Source: Thalassospiraceae bacterium (GTDB lineage Bacteria > Pseudomonadota > Alphaproteobacteria > Rhodospirillales > Casp-alpha2). From it: a stretch of 32,000 bases of DNA. Positions 7,874 to 17,131 of the stretch are shown here, one piece after another. The stretch is taken from positions 1 through 32,000 of the forward strand of contig JAYNVG010000024.1 of the NCBI GenBank assembly GCA_038100295.1, read 5' to 3'. How positions within the stretch are numbered: position 1 is the stretch's first letter; each line of letters begins with the position of its first letter. Made by a program: the position numbers and the translations under genes. The notes below the pieces were generated by a model. The model ran no database searches. It saw only the letters and a program-made list of their open reading frames with translations, and was not told where the DNA came from.

Positions 7874-8224
7874 ATGGGACTTATTGAAGAATTACGCAGG
7901 CGTGCAAAGCATGTCGTCGGACCCCTGTTCGGGATCGTCGCTGTATCTTATTTCGCCTACCACACGGTACACGGAGACCGCGGCCTGCTGGCGTTGCTGC
8001 AGATGCGCGAACGCGTCGCCGAGGCGGAAAACCGATTGCACACATTGCAGAACGAAAAGCATCACTGGGACAGCCGCGTCAAGCTTCTGTACCCGGACAG
8101 CATCGACCACGACATGCTCGATGAAAGGGTTCGCATCATGCTCGGCTACGCGCGGGCAGACGATCTCGTCATCATTGTGAGTTCACTTCGAAGCAAAGGA
8201 GAAACCGATGGCTTCACTCGCTGA
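7874..8224 (+). CDS. Septum formation initiator family protein (FtsB/DivIC-like)
   Basis: The product has a short N-terminus, one TM helix (VVGPLFGIVAVSYFAYHTV), a coiled coil (LLALLQMRERVAEAENRLHTLQNEKHHWDSRV) and DHDMLDERVRIMLGY. Its position just upstream of pdhA is the conserved alphaproteobacterial arrangement. Confidence 0.8.
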   Translation: MGLIEELRRRAKHVVGPLFGIVAVSYFAYHTVHGDRGLLALLQMRERVAEAENRLHTLQNEKHHWDSRVKLLYPDSIDHDMLDERVRIMLGYARADDLVIIVSSLRSKGETDGFTR

Positions 8225-8561
8225 CAAACTGGTGCCGCCGTATTATGCGGCGATCATCGAAAACGAACCGCATGCGTCTTTCGACGAACCGGCCAACACC
8301 GGCGACCGGATGGTCACGCTTGCCGTACGCCGTCCCGGCTTTCTGGGACTTGAAACCGCGCGCGCCGGTGACGGCCGCCCGGTCACGGTCGCGTACTGGC
8401 GCGAACTTTCCGATGTCGAGGCCTGGCAGTCCGAAAGCGGCGTCATCGGTGCGGCATCCTATCCGCTGGAAGTCTGCCGCGTCGCCAATTCCAACACCAG
8501 TGCCGTGCGTTCGCTATTCGCGGAAATCGACGACGAACAGCCGGCCGCTCGGCATATGTAA
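8208..8561 (+). CDS. Antibiotic-biosynthesis-monooxygenase (ABM/Dabb fold) domain protein, copy 1
   Basis: A strong RBS AAGGAG lies 7 nt upstream. The product has PPYYAAIIEN...RPGFLGLE...VAYWRELSDVEAWQ, an ABM-like pattern. It overlaps the FtsB-like gene by 17 nt. Confidence 0.7.
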   Translation: MASLADKLVPPYYAAIIENEPHASFDEPANTGDRMVTLAVRRPGFLGLETARAGDGRPVTVAYWRELSDVEAWQSESGVIGAASYPLEVCRVANSNTSAVRSLFAEIDDEQPAARHM

Positions 8562-8574
8562 GGAGGATATGGGT

Positions 8575-8958
8575 ATGGCAAAATTCGATCCAAGGCGCGA
8601 TCCGCCGTATTTCGCGGTCATCAACCGCACCGCACCGGCCGGACTGGACGCCGGACAGTTCCTAGATGCCGGCGAGAGGATCATCGGCCTGGCAGCCGCC
8701 GAGCCCGGGTTCCTCGGCATCGAGGAAGTTACAGATGCTGACGGCAATGACTACACCGTCTGTTACTGGGACAGGGTGCAGTCGATGCGGCGCTGGCGCG
8801 GCGATATCGTCAACCATATTCCTCCGAAAATTCAGGCTGAGCACGTGGTCTGTTTCGAAGGCTGCTACTGGCACTGGCTGCGCGATGTTTTCGATGCCAT
8901 TTCCCGTGTCGATCGGGATAACGTTGTCGAGATATCGTTCGGATCGGTGGCAGCTTAA
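8575..8958 (+). CDS. ABM/Dabb-fold domain protein, copy 2 (paralogue of 8208..8561)
   Basis: AGGAGG lies 8 nt upstream of ATG 8575; the ATG at 8569 is too close to the RBS. The product has PPYFAVINRT...EPGFLGIEE...VCYWDRVQSMRRWR, the same motif order as copy 1. Confidence 0.65.
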   Translation: MAKFDPRRDPPYFAVINRTAPAGLDAGQFLDAGERIIGLAAAEPGFLGIEEVTDADGNDYTVCYWDRVQSMRRWRGDIVNHIPPKIQAEHVVCFEGCYWHWLRDVFDAISRVDRDNVVEISFGSVAA

Positions 8959-9020
8959 CTTCTATTCAGTTTAGTTTTCGGTACAATAAGCGAACAAACA
9001 GCAAAAAACTGCGCCTATAC

Positions 9021-9049
9021 TTGAAACCGATAAAAAGATCGCCTAGCAT
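9021..9049 (+). promoter_or_regulatory. Candidate sigma70-type promoter for the pdh operon
   Basis: TTGAAA, a 17-nt spacer and TAGCAT lie about 50 nt upstream of the pdhA ATG in a locally AT-rich intergenic region. This is hexamer matching only. Confidence 0.35.
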
Positions 9050-9101
9050 CTTCCGATAGAGCGGTGGTTAACCGCCGTGAAACCCAGATCGGGAGGAAGC
9101 A

Positions 9102-10163
9102 ATGGCGAGAGCCCCGAAGGCCGGCGCAAAATCCGCAAGCGCCGCAAAAGCACCTGCAAAAAGCAAGGCCAAGACCACGGCCAAGAAACCCGACGTCTCG
9201 GGTGAAGACCTTCTCAAATATTATCGTGACATGTTGATGATCCGCCGTTTCGAAGAAAAGGCGGGTCAATTGTATGGGATGGGTCTGATCGGCGGGTTCT
9301 GCCACCTGTATATCGGACAGGAAGCCGTTGTCGTCGGCATGACCCAGGCAGGCACCAGCAACGATAGCGTCATTACCTCGTACCGCGACCACGGGCATAT
9401 GCTGGCCTGCGGCATGGACCCGAAAGGCGTGATGGCCGAGCTGACCGGCCGTCGCGGCGGGTATTCCAAAGGCAAGGGCGGCTCGATGCACATGTTTTCC
9501 CGCGAGAAGAACTTCTTCGGCGGGCATGGCATCGTCGGCGCCCAGGTGCCGCTCGGCACAGGCCTCGCGTTTGCACACAAGTACACCGAGGACGGGGGCG
9601 TGGCCCACGCCTACATGGGTGACGGCGCGGTCAACCAGGGGCAGATCTACGAGAGCTTCAACATGGCGGCGCTCTGGAAGCTGCCTGTCGTCTACGTCAT
9701 TGAAAACAACAAGTACGGCATGGGCACCTCGATCGAGCGTGCATCATCGAATGTCGATCTGTCCGAACGCGGCGCCGCGCATGACATTCCGGGCGAACAG
9801 GTCAACGGCATGGACGTGCTGGATGTCCTCGCAAAGGGCGGCAAGGCACTGGACCACGCGCGTTCCGGCAAGGGGCCGTTCATCCTCGAGATGAAGACTT
9901 ACCGCTATCGCGGACATTCGATGTCCGATCCGGCGAAGTACCGCTCCAAGGAAGAAGTGCAGAAGATGCGCAAGGAAAGCGATCCTATCGACAATCTGCG
10001 CCACACGATCCTTGAAGCCGGATATTCGAACGAGGACGAGATGAAGGATATCGACAAGGATATCAAATCCATCGTCACCTCCGCCGCGGAATTTGCCCAG
10101 CAAAGCCCTGAACCCGACGAATCCGAGCTTTACACGGACGTCTACAAAGAGCTTTCCGCATAA
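9102..10163 (+). CDS. pdhA: Pyruvate dehydrogenase (acetyl-transferring) E1 component, alpha subunit
   Basis: GGGAGG RBS. The product has the TPP-binding E1-alpha signature (FCHLYIGQEAVVVG...YRDHGH...GKGGSMHMF...GGHGIVGAQVPLGTG...YMGDGAVNQGQ...NNKYGMGT...YRYRGHSMSDP). Confidence 0.95.
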   Translation: MARAPKAGAKSASAAKAPAKSKAKTTAKKPDVSGEDLLKYYRDMLMIRRFEEKAGQLYGMGLIGGFCHLYIGQEAVVVGMTQAGTSNDSVITSYRDHGHMLACGMDPKGVMAELTGRRGGYSKGKGGSMHMFSREKNFFGGHGIVGAQVPLGTGLAFAHKYTEDGGVAHAYMGDGAVNQGQIYESFNMAALWKLPVVYVIENNKYGMGTSIERASSNVDLSERGAAHDIPGEQVNGMDVLDVLAKGGKALDHARSGKGPFILEMKTYRYRGHSMSDPAKYRSKEEVQKMRKESDPIDNLRHTILEAGYSNEDEMKDIDKDIKSIVTSAAEFAQQSPEPDESELYTDVYKELSA

Positions 10164-10187
10164 ATTACCTGAATAAAGGTTAATATT

Positions 10188-11561
10188 ATGGCCACACAAG
10201 TACTGATGCCGGCGCTGTCGCCGACCATGACCGAAGGCAAGATCGCCAAATGGCTGAAGGCCGAAGGCGATACCGTGGAAAGCGGTGACGTGCTGTGCGA
10301 AATCGAAACCGACAAGGCGACCATGGAAGTCGAAGCCGTCGATGAAGGCACGCTCGGCAAGATACTGGTCGCCGAAGGCACCGAAAACGTTGCCGTGAAC
10401 ACACCGATCGCGGTGCTGGTCGCCGACGGCGAAAGCGCCGACGATGTTGCCGACGCGCCGGCCCCGGCCGCCGCGCAATCCGCACCAGCCGATGAGGCGC
10501 CGAAGGAAGAACCCAAGGCCGCTGCCGCACCGGCAGCGCCTGCATCCGCACCGGCGCCGGAACCTGAATACGATGGCCCGATGAAGAACCAGACCGTGCG
10601 CGAAGCGCTCCGCGACGCCATGGCCGAGGAAATGCGCCGCGAGGAAAAAGTCTTCCTGATGGGCGAGGAAGTCGCCGAATATCAGGGCGCCTACAAGATT
10701 TCCCAGGGTCTTCTGGATGAATTCGGCGCCAAGCGGGTGATCGACACGCCGATTACCGAACAGGGCTTCGCCGGTTTGGGTGTCGGGGCCGCATTTCACG
10801 GCCTGAAACCCATCGTCGAGTTCATGACCTTCAACTTCGCCATGCAGGCCATCGACCAGATCATCAACTCCGCAGCCAAGACGCTGTACATGTCTGGCGG
10901 TCAGATGGGCTGTTCGATCGTATTCCGCGGCCCCAACGGCGCGGCGGCACGGGTCGGCGCCCAGCATTCGCAGTGTTACGCATCGTGGTATGCGAACTGT
11001 CCGGGCATGAAGGTGGTCGCGCCGTGGTCGGCAGCGGACGCCAAGGGCTTGCTGAAAAGCGCGATCCGCGATCCGAACCCGGTCATTTTCCTGGAGAACG
11101 AAATCCTCTACGGCCAGAGCTTCGATCTGCCCGACAGTGACGATTTCACGCTGCCCATCGGCAAGGCCAAGGTTGAGCGCAGTGGTTCCGATGTCACCAT
11201 CGTCGCCTATTCCATCGCCGTCGGCATCGCCATGGAAGCCGCTGAAAAACTGGCCGAGGAGGGGATCAGCGCCGAGGTCATCAACCTGCGCACCATCCGC
11301 CCGATGGACACCGCGACGATCATCGAGTCGGTGAAGAAGACCAATCGCCTGGTCAGCGTCGGCGAAGGCTGGCCGACATGCGGGATCGGCTCGGAAGTCT
11401 CCGCCGTCGCGATGGAGCAGGCTTTCGACTATCTCGACGCGCCGCCGGTGCGTGTCGCCGGGGTCGACGTGCCGATGCCGTATGCCGCCAACCTCGAGAA
11501 GCTGGCGCTGCCGAAAGCGCCGGATGTCGTCGAGGCCTGCAAATCCGTCTGTTACGCCTGA
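10188..11561 (+). CDS. pdhB: Pyruvate dehydrogenase E1 component, beta subunit, with N-terminal lipoyl domain
   Basis: An N-terminal lipoyl domain ([17 protein letters not shown]...[13 protein letters not shown]) and an Ala/Pro-rich linker precede the transketolase-like E1-beta core ([16 protein letters not shown]...[10 protein letters not shown]...). This is the fused architecture typical of Alphaproteobacteria. Confidence 0.95.
   Translation: MATQVLMPALSPTMTEGKIAKWLKAEGDTVESGDVLCEIETDKATMEVEAVDEGTLGKILVAEGTENVAVNTPIAVLVADGESADDVADAPAPAAAQSAPADEAPKEEPKAAAAPAAPASAPAPEPEYDGPMKNQTVREALRDAMAEEMRREEKVFLMGEEVAEYQGAYKISQGLLDEFGAKRVIDTPITEQGFAGLGVGAAFHGLKPIVEFMTFNFAMQAIDQIINSAAKTLYMSGGQMGCSIVFRGPNGAAARVGAQHSQCYASWYANCPGMKVVAPWSAADAKGLLKSAIRDPNPVIFLENEILYGQSFDLPDSDDFTLPIGKAKVERSGSDVTIVAYSIAVGIAMEAAEKLAEEGISAEVINLRTIRPMDTATIIESVKKTNRLVSVGEGWPTCGIGSEVSAVAMEQAFDYLDAPPVRVAGVDVPMPYAANLEKLALPKAPDVVEACKSVCYA
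10198..10433 (+). repeat. Lipoyl-domain coding repeat, copy A (in pdhB)
   Basis: It is colinear, with no indels and an offset of 1387 nt, with 11585..11820. Perfect runs of 34 nt (10198..10231) and 48 nt (10302..10349) are shared with copy B. Confidence 0.85.
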
Positions 11562-11574
11562 GGGAGGCCACACC

Positions 11575-12885
11575 ATGCCGATCAAAGTACTGATGCCGGC
11601 GCTGTCGCCGACCATGACGGAAGGCAAGCTGGCGAAATGGCTGATCAAGGAAGGCGACACCGTCGAAAGCGGTGACGTCATGGCCGAGATCGAAACCGAC
11701 AAGGCGACCATGGAAGTCGAAGCCGTCGATGAAGGCGTCGTCGGCAAGATCCTCGTCGACGAGGGCACTGACGGCGTTGCCGTCAACACGGTGATCGCAC
11801 TGCTGCTCGGCGACGGCGAGGATGCCAGCGTGCTTGAAGGTGCAAAAGCTTCCGCCGATGCACCGAAAGCCGAACCGGCCGCTGAAAAATCCGCACCGGC
11901 ATCTCCGCCGCCTGCCGCCGCACCGGCCGCAGCACCGGCAGCCGCCAAATCCGATGGCGGTCGTGTTTTCGCAAGTCCGCTTGCTAAACGGATGGCGCAA
12001 CAGGAAGGCCTCGACCTCGCTCAACTGAGCGGCTCCGGCCCGCACGGCCGCATCGTCAAACGCGATATCGAAAAGGCGCTTTCCGAAGGCACCGGCAAAT
12101 CGTCGGCGCCGTCAGCAGCTGCCGCAGCGCCCGCGAAACCGGGCGAAGCCGCCCCGGTGGCGCCTGCCGGTATCGACGAGGCCATGTTGAGCCTGTTGCC
12201 GGAATACGAAAGCGTGCCGAATACGGGCATGCGTAAAACCATCGCCAAGCGCCTCACGGCTTCGGCGCGCGATATCCCGCACTTCAACGTCAGCGCGGAT
12301 ATCTGCATCGATGCGCTGCTCAAACTGCGCAAGGAACTGAACGGCCGCGACGGCGCCGATTACAAGATTTCCGTCAACGATTTCGTCATCAAGGCCGTGG
12401 CACTGGCACTGAAACGCCAGCCCGACTGCAACGCCGCCTATACCGATGACGCGATCCTCAAGTTCAAGCGTGCCGATATCTCGATGGCGGTCGCCGTCGA
12501 CGGCGGGCTGATTACGCCGATCATCAAGGACGCCGGTTCCATGGGCCTTGCCACCATTTCCGCGGAAGCCAAGGAACTGGCAGGCAAGGCACGGGACGGC
12601 AAACTGCAGCCCCAGGAATATCAGGGCGGCACCTTCTCGATCTCCAATCTCGGCATGTTCGGGGTTTCGTCGTTCAACTCGATCATCAATTCGCCGCAGG
12701 GCGGTATCCTTTCGGTGGGCGCGGGTGAACAGCGCGCCGTCGTCAAGGACGGGGCTGTCGCCATCGCCACCATGATGACAGTCACACTGGCGGTCGATCA
12801 CCGTTGTATCGACGGCGCCACGGCGGCCGGTTTCGTGCAGGAACTCAAGGGTATCCTCGAAGATCCGCTGCAACTGATGCTGTGA
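11575..12885 (+). CDS. pdhC: Pyruvate dehydrogenase complex dihydrolipoamide acetyltransferase (E2)
   Basis: GGGAGG RBS. The order is lipoyl domain, Ala/Pro linker, E3-binding domain (FASPLAKRMAQQEGLDLAQLSGSGPHGRIVKRDI) and catalytic domain ending in DHRCIDGA. Confidence 0.95.
   Translation: MPIKVLMPALSPTMTEGKLAKWLIKEGDTVESGDVMAEIETDKATMEVEAVDEGVVGKILVDEGTDGVAVNTVIALLLGDGEDASVLEGAKASADAPKAEPAAEKSAPASPPPAAAPAAAPAAAKSDGGRVFASPLAKRMAQQEGLDLAQLSGSGPHGRIVKRDIEKALSEGTGKSSAPSAAAAAPAKPGEAAPVAPAGIDEAMLSLLPEYESVPNTGMRKTIAKRLTASARDIPHFNVSADICIDALLKLRKELNGRDGADYKISVNDFVIKAVALALKRQPDCNAAYTDDAILKFKRADISMAVAVDGGLITPIIKDAGSMGLATISAEAKELAGKARDGKLQPQEYQGGTFSISNLGMFGVSSFNSIINSPQGGILSVGAGEQRAVVKDGAVAIATMMTVTLAVDHRCIDGATAAGFVQELKGILEDPLQLML
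11585..11820 (+). repeat. Lipoyl-domain coding repeat, copy B (in pdhC)
   Basis: See copy A. Identical 34-nt (11585..11618) and 48-nt (11689..11736) tracts are shared. Confidence 0.85.
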
Positions 12886-12891
12886 GCGTGC

Positions 12892-13257
12892 GTGATGCAA
12901 AAAGTCAATTTCGCGGAGAAATTCGCCGAGTTTGACGAACGCTGGCGACCCAAGATCGTCGGCAGCTTCGATGATTACGACATCAAGCTGGTCAAGGTCG
13001 AAGGGGATTTTGTCTGGCACAAGCATGATGATATCGACGAGGTCTTCATCGTGCTGGACGGCGAACTGAACATCGATTTTCGCGACGGCATGCAGACCCT
13101 GAACGCCGGCGAGATGATCGTCGTGCCGCGCGGCATCGAACACAAACCACATGCGTCTTCTGAATGTCGCATGATGCTTCTGGAAAGACAGGGTGTCGTG
13201 AATACGGGCGACGCTGAAACGAGCGAGCTTACGGCGCCTCAAGGAGTGAGAATCTGA
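12892..13257 (+). CDS. Cupin domain protein
   Basis: The product has WHKHDDIDEVFIVLDGELNIDF...GEMIVVPRGIEHKP, the two-motif cupin signature. The start is GTG 12892 or the adjacent ATG 12895. The gene is inserted between pdhC and lpdA. Confidence 0.8.
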   Translation: MMQKVNFAEKFAEFDERWRPKIVGSFDDYDIKLVKVEGDFVWHKHDDIDEVFIVLDGELNIDFRDGMQTLNAGEMIVVPRGIEHKPHASSECRMMLLERQGVVNTGDAETSELTAPQGVRI

Positions 13258-13258
13258 C

Positions 13259-14665
13259 ATGGCTGACACGAAATTCGACGTTCTGATCATCGGCGGCGGT
13301 CCGGGCGGATACGTCACCGCCATCCGTGCCGCACAGTTGGGCTTCAAGACCTGTGTCGTCGAAAAGTCGCATCTTGGCGGCATCTGCCTCAACTGGGGCT
13401 GCATTCCGACCAAGGCGCTGCTGCGCACGGCGGAAATCTATCACTACATGCAGCACGCCAAGGACTACGGGCTGAGCGCCGAGAAAGTCGGCTTCGACCT
13501 GAAAGCGGTTGTCGAGCGTTCGCGTGGGGTTTCGTCTCGACTTTCCGGCGGCGTCGCGCACCTGATGAAGAAGAACAAGATCACCGTCGTCAACGGCCGC
13601 GCCAAACTGAACGGCCCGGGCAAAGTCGATGTGACGGACAAGGACGGCAAGGCGCTCGGCACCTACACCGCCGAGCACATCATCATCGCCACCGGCGCAC
13701 GTCCGCGCGCGCTGCCGGGGATCGAGCCGGACAAGAAGCTGATCTGGACCTACTTCGAAGCCATGGTGCCGGACGTGACGCCGAAAAGCCTGCTGGTCAT
13801 CGGCTCGGGCGCCATCGGCATCGAATTCGCCAGCTTCTATCAGACCATGGGTGTCGACGTGACCGTGGTCGAAGTGATGAAGCAGATCATGCCGGTAGAG
13901 GACGAGGAGATTTCCAAGTTCGCCCGGAAGCAGCTCAAAAAGAACGGCCTCAAGATCATGACCGAAGCCAAGGTCACCGGCGTCAAGAAAGGCGCCAACA
14001 ACGTCACCTGCACAATCGAGGACGCCAAGGGCAAGACCCAGGACATCACCGTTGACCGGGTTATCTCTGCGGTCGGCGTGCAGGGTAATATCGAGGACAT
14101 CGGCCTCGAGACGACAAAAATCAAAACCGATCGCGGCTGCATCGTCGCCGACGAGTTCTCTCGCACTGCGGAGAAGGGGATTTATGCCATTGGCGACGTC
14201 GCCGGACCGCCGATGCTGGCCCACAAGGCTGAGCACGAGGGTGTCATCTGCATCGAGAAAATCGCCGGTGTCGAAGGCGTGCATCCCATGGACAAGGGCA
14301 AGATCCCGGGCTGCACATACTGCCATCCGCAGGTCGCCTCCGTCGGCCTGACCGAAGCCAAAGCGAAGGAGCAGGGTTATGACATCAACGTCGGCCGCTT
14401 CCAGTTCCTCGGCAATGGCAAGGCGATTGCCCTGGGCGAGGATCAGGGGCTGGTGAAGACCATCTTCGACAAGAAGACCGGGCAGCTTCTTGGCGCGCAC
14501 ATGGTCGGCGCCGAGGTTACGGAACTGATCCAGGGGTTCGTCGTCGCCATGAACCTTGAGACCACCGAGGAAGAATTGATGCACACGGTGTTCCCGCACC
14601 CGACGCTTTCTGAAATGATGCACGAAAGCGTGCTGGACGCATACGGCCGCGTCATCCATATGTGA
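13259..14665 (+). CDS. lpdA: Dihydrolipoyl dehydrogenase (E3)
   Basis: AAGGAG RBS. The product has FAD-binding DVLIIGGGPGGY, the redox-active disulfide GGICLNWGCIPTK, the NAD-binding GSGAIGIEFA and a C-terminal HPTLSE dimerisation motif. Confidence 0.95.
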   Translation: MADTKFDVLIIGGGPGGYVTAIRAAQLGFKTCVVEKSHLGGICLNWGCIPTKALLRTAEIYHYMQHAKDYGLSAEKVGFDLKAVVERSRGVSSRLSGGVAHLMKKNKITVVNGRAKLNGPGKVDVTDKDGKALGTYTAEHIIIATGARPRALPGIEPDKKLIWTYFEAMVPDVTPKSLLVIGSGAIGIEFASFYQTMGVDVTVVEVMKQIMPVEDEEISKFARKQLKKNGLKIMTEAKVTGVKKGANNVTCTIEDAKGKTQDITVDRVISAVGVQGNIEDIGLETTKIKTDRGCIVADEFSRTAEKGIYAIGDVAGPPMLAHKAEHEGVICIEKIAGVEGVHPMDKGKIPGCTYCHPQVASVGLTEAKAKEQGYDINVGRFQFLGNGKAIALGEDQGLVKTIFDKKTGQLLGAHMVGAEVTELIQGFVVAMNLETTEEELMHTVFPHPTLSEMMHESVLDAYGRVIHM

Positions 14666-14695
14666 GCAGTTACGACTGCGTCCTTGTGAGGCATA

Positions 14696-15649
14696 ATGAG
14701 CAAAGTCGAACCCCTCAATCGCGTCCGCCATCCGGAAAAGATGAAAAATCCGGAGAACGAACCGCTGCGCAAGCCGGCGTGGATCCGCGTCAAGGCACCG
14801 ACGTCCGAGGGCTATAACGAAACCCGCAAGCTGATGCGGTCGCGCAACCTGCACACGGTGTGCGAGGAAGCGGCGTGCCCGAACATCGGTGAGTGCTGGT
14901 CGGCGAAGCACGCCACCGTGATGATCCTGGGCGACATCTGCACCCGCGCCTGCGCATTCTGCAACGTCGCCACCGGAAAGCCCGGCGCGGTCGATCCGAT
15001 GGAACCGGAAAACCTGGCGATTTCGGTGGCCGAACTGGGCATGAAGCATCTGGTGATCACGTCGGTGGACCGCGACGACCTGGCCGACGGCGGCGCCGAT
15101 CAGTTCGTGCGCTGCATCGAACGCATCCGCGAGACGACGCCCGACACGACGATCGAAATTCTGACTCCCGATTTCCGTGACAAACCGGGCGCGCTGGAAC
15201 AAGTCATCAAGGCCCACCCGGACGTATTCAATCACAACCTGGAAACCGTACCGCGTCTGTATCCCAACATCCGCCCCGGTGCGCGTTATTTCCATTCGTT
15301 GAAACTGCTCGACACCGTGAAGCGGGAAGACCCATCGATCTTCACCAAATCGGGCATCATGGTCGGGCTGGGCGAAACGCGCACCGAGGTCATGCAGGTG
15401 ATGGACGACCTGCGCTCGGCCGACGTCGATTTCCTGACCATCGGTCAGTATCTGGCGCCGACCAAACGGCATGCACCAGTCGACCGCTTCGTCACGCCGG
15501 ACGAATTCGCGGACTACAAGAAGATCGCGGAATCCAAGGGCTTCCTGATGGTCTCGTCGACGCCGCTGACGCGTTCCAGCTATCACGCCGACAGCGACTT
15601 CGCGGAACTCCGGAAAAATCGCGAGGCCAGGCTTGCCGCCGGCAAGTAA
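14696..15649 (+). CDS. lipA: Lipoyl synthase (radical SAM)
   Basis: The product has the [12 protein letters not shown] and [10 protein letters not shown] cluster motifs, and the downstream sequence is typical of LipA. Confidence 0.95.
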   Translation: MSKVEPLNRVRHPEKMKNPENEPLRKPAWIRVKAPTSEGYNETRKLMRSRNLHTVCEEAACPNIGECWSAKHATVMILGDICTRACAFCNVATGKPGAVDPMEPENLAISVAELGMKHLVITSVDRDDLADGGADQFVRCIERIRETTPDTTIEILTPDFRDKPGALEQVIKAHPDVFNHNLETVPRLYPNIRPGARYFHSLKLLDTVKREDPSIFTKSGIMVGLGETRTEVMQVMDDLRSADVDFLTIGQYLAPTKRHAPVDRFVTPDEFADYKKIAESKGFLMVSSTPLTRSSYHADSDFAELRKNREARLAAGK

Positions 15650-15671
15650 ATCGCGCTGCGTCTGCTGACAG

Positions 15672-16103
15672 ATGCCGACACACGCCGAAAAACGCGTCCT
15701 GCCATATACTCGCGAACAGCTGTTCGATCTCGTCATCGATGTCGAGCGCTATCCGGAATTCCTGCCGTGGTGCATCGGCTGCAGGGTGCGCAAGCGCGAG
15801 GAGGGACTTGTCGTCGCCGACATGATCATCGGCTTCAAGGTGTTCCGTGAAGGCTTTACCTCGAAGGTCAGCCACAACCGCCCCGAGCGCATCGACGTCA
15901 CCTATACCGACGGGCCGTTCAAATACCTGAACAACCACTGGATATTCAGGGATTTGGGAGACGGCAAAACGGAAATCGATTTCTTCGTCGATTTCGAGTT
16001 CCGATCGCGCATTCTGCAGGCGGCCATCGGCGCCGTGTTTTCGGAAGCGGTGCGGCGCATGATCGCCGCCTTCGAGGCACGGGCTAAGGACTTGCACGGT
16101 TAA
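15672..16103 (+). CDS. SRPBCC-fold protein (COQ10 / RatA-like, polyketide cyclase-dehydrase family)
   Basis: The product has LFDLVIDVERYPEFLPWC...F..GFTSKV...ID....GPFKYLNNHWIF. It lies immediately downstream of lipA, as in many Alphaproteobacteria. Confidence 0.85.
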   Translation: MPTHAEKRVLPYTREQLFDLVIDVERYPEFLPWCIGCRVRKREEGLVVADMIIGFKVFREGFTSKVSHNRPERIDVTYTDGPFKYLNNHWIFRDLGDGKTEIDFFVDFEFRSRILQAAIGAVFSEAVRRMIAAFEARAKDLHG

Positions 16104-16140
16104 GCATTTCTCGTCACCCCGGCCTGCGCCGGAATGAAGA

Positions 16141-16629
16141 TTATTTCGCGCTCGCCAATGCCTTCATCATCTCAAGCGCTTTTAAGGCCGCAGCCAGCCG
16201 CACCGCGTGGCGGTCGCCATCAAACAGGTACCGTTCATGGATCGTCTTATTTCCGGAAGTGGCGGCGATATGGACGAGCCCGACCGGTTTCTCGGCTGAA
16301 CCGCCGCCAGGACCGGCAACCCCTGTAATCCCGCAGGCTAGATCGACGCCAGCCGTTTTGCGAGCACCCTCGGCCATGGCGCGGGCGACGTCCTCGGAAA
16401 CCGCACCAACGCTTTCGAACAATGCCATCGGCACGTCGATCATTTCGTGTTTGGCCTCGTTGGTGTAGGTGACGAAGCCCCGGTCCATGACATCTGACGA
16501 CCCGGCGATCGCCGTCAGCGCCGCGGCAACCATGCCACCGGTGCAGGATTCCGCCGTCGCCACGGTCCACCCGCATGACCGGCAGGCTGTCAGGACTTCA
16601 TCGGCGGCTTTGATCAGCTCGTCTTCCAT
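16141..16629 (-). CDS. CinA-family protein (PncC-like nicotinamide-nucleotide amidohydrolase domain)
   Basis: The product has ATAESCTGGMVAAALTAIAGSSDVMDRGFVTYTNEAK...GITGVAGPGGGSAEKPVGLVHIA, the CinA C-terminal domain signature. Confidence 0.85.
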   Translation of the reverse strand: MEDELIKAADEVLTACRSCGWTVATAESCTGGMVAAALTAIAGSSDVMDRGFVTYTNEAKHEMIDVPMALFESVGAVSEDVARAMAEGARKTAGVDLACGITGVAGPGGGSAEKPVGLVHIAATSGNKTIHERYLFDGDRHAVRLAAALKALEMMKALASAK

Positions 16630-16633
16630 CTTG

Positions 16634-17131
16634 TTACCCTATGCCGAGAAGGCGCGGTGCGCCCAGCATCAATCCGTAAAGACACGCGGCGGCGGCGATC
16701 CCGGCCAGAATGTCGTCCGCCATCACACCGATCCCACCCGATATATTCTTGTCGGCCCATGATATCGGCCATGGCTTCCAGATATCGAACAGGCGGAACA
16801 ACACGAACGCAATCGCCATAGCCTGCCATGTCAGTGCCGCCGCCATCGGCAGCATGCTCAGCCACTGCCCGGCCACCTCGTCGATGACGACGGGGCCGGG
16901 GTCGTGCACGCCGGCCTCGGCCATGTAGGCATCCGCCGCCCAGACGCCGATTGCCGATATCCCGACGGTGGCCAGCATCAGCGCCATGACACCACCTTCA
17001 TGGGCAAAGGCCCAGCCTACCGGCAACGCGAACAGGGAACCGAAAGTGCCGGGCGCCATCGGCGCGTAGCCTGCGCCGAACCATGTGGCGATGAGAATCC
17101 GGAAATCCGAGAGCGGCGGGCGGTTGGCCAT
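16634..17131 (-). CDS. pgpA: Phosphatidylglycerophosphatase A
   Basis: The product has FGAGYAPMAPGTFGSL...VVIDEVAGQW...FRLFDIWKPWPISWAD...GGIGVMADDILAGI. It ends 4 nt before the cinA-like start. Confidence 0.85.
   Translation of the reverse strand: MANRPPLSDFRILIATWFGAGYAPMAPGTFGSLFALPVGWAFAHEGGVMALMLATVGISAIGVWAADAYMAEAGVHDPGPVVIDEVAGQWLSMLPMAAALTWQAMAIAFVLFRLFDIWKPWPISWADKNISGGIGVMADDILAGIAAAACLYGLMLGAPRLLGIG

Noticed and set aside
10430-10560. Ala/Pro/Glu-rich low-complexity stretches in pdhB. Similar stretches occur at 11830..11950 in pdhC and in the MotB and bactofilin tails.
   Set aside because: These are the normal flexible inter-domain linkers of 2-oxoacid dehydrogenase subunits and disordered tails. 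They are not independent repeats or mobile sequences.
9744-11948. A 734-codon minus-strand ORF. Similar very long antisense ORFs occur at 13229..15736 (-), 12112..13428 (-), 23631..25364 (+), 17406..18995 (-), 5340..6677 (-), 3795..4658 (+), 1506..2465 (+), 6957..7754 (-), 28699..29952 (+), 28410..29243 (+), 27352..28083 (+), 29876..30661 (+) and 30576..31298 (+).
   Set aside because: Each lies antisense to a gene with unmistakable family motifs (pdhB/C, lpdA/lipA, motAB, M23, umuC, pirin and others). Their translations are Arg/Gly/Ala/Asp-rich low-complexity sequences typical of stop-poor antisense frames in high-GC DNA. None has an RBS or a recognisable domain.
15672-16103. The SRPBCC protein could be read as a RatA-type toxin of a toxin-antitoxin system.
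   Set aside because: There is no small partner gene adjacent. The gene sits in the conserved lipA-SRPBCC arrangement and resembles COQ10-like lipid/quinone-binding proteins. Nothing in the sequence supports a TA module.
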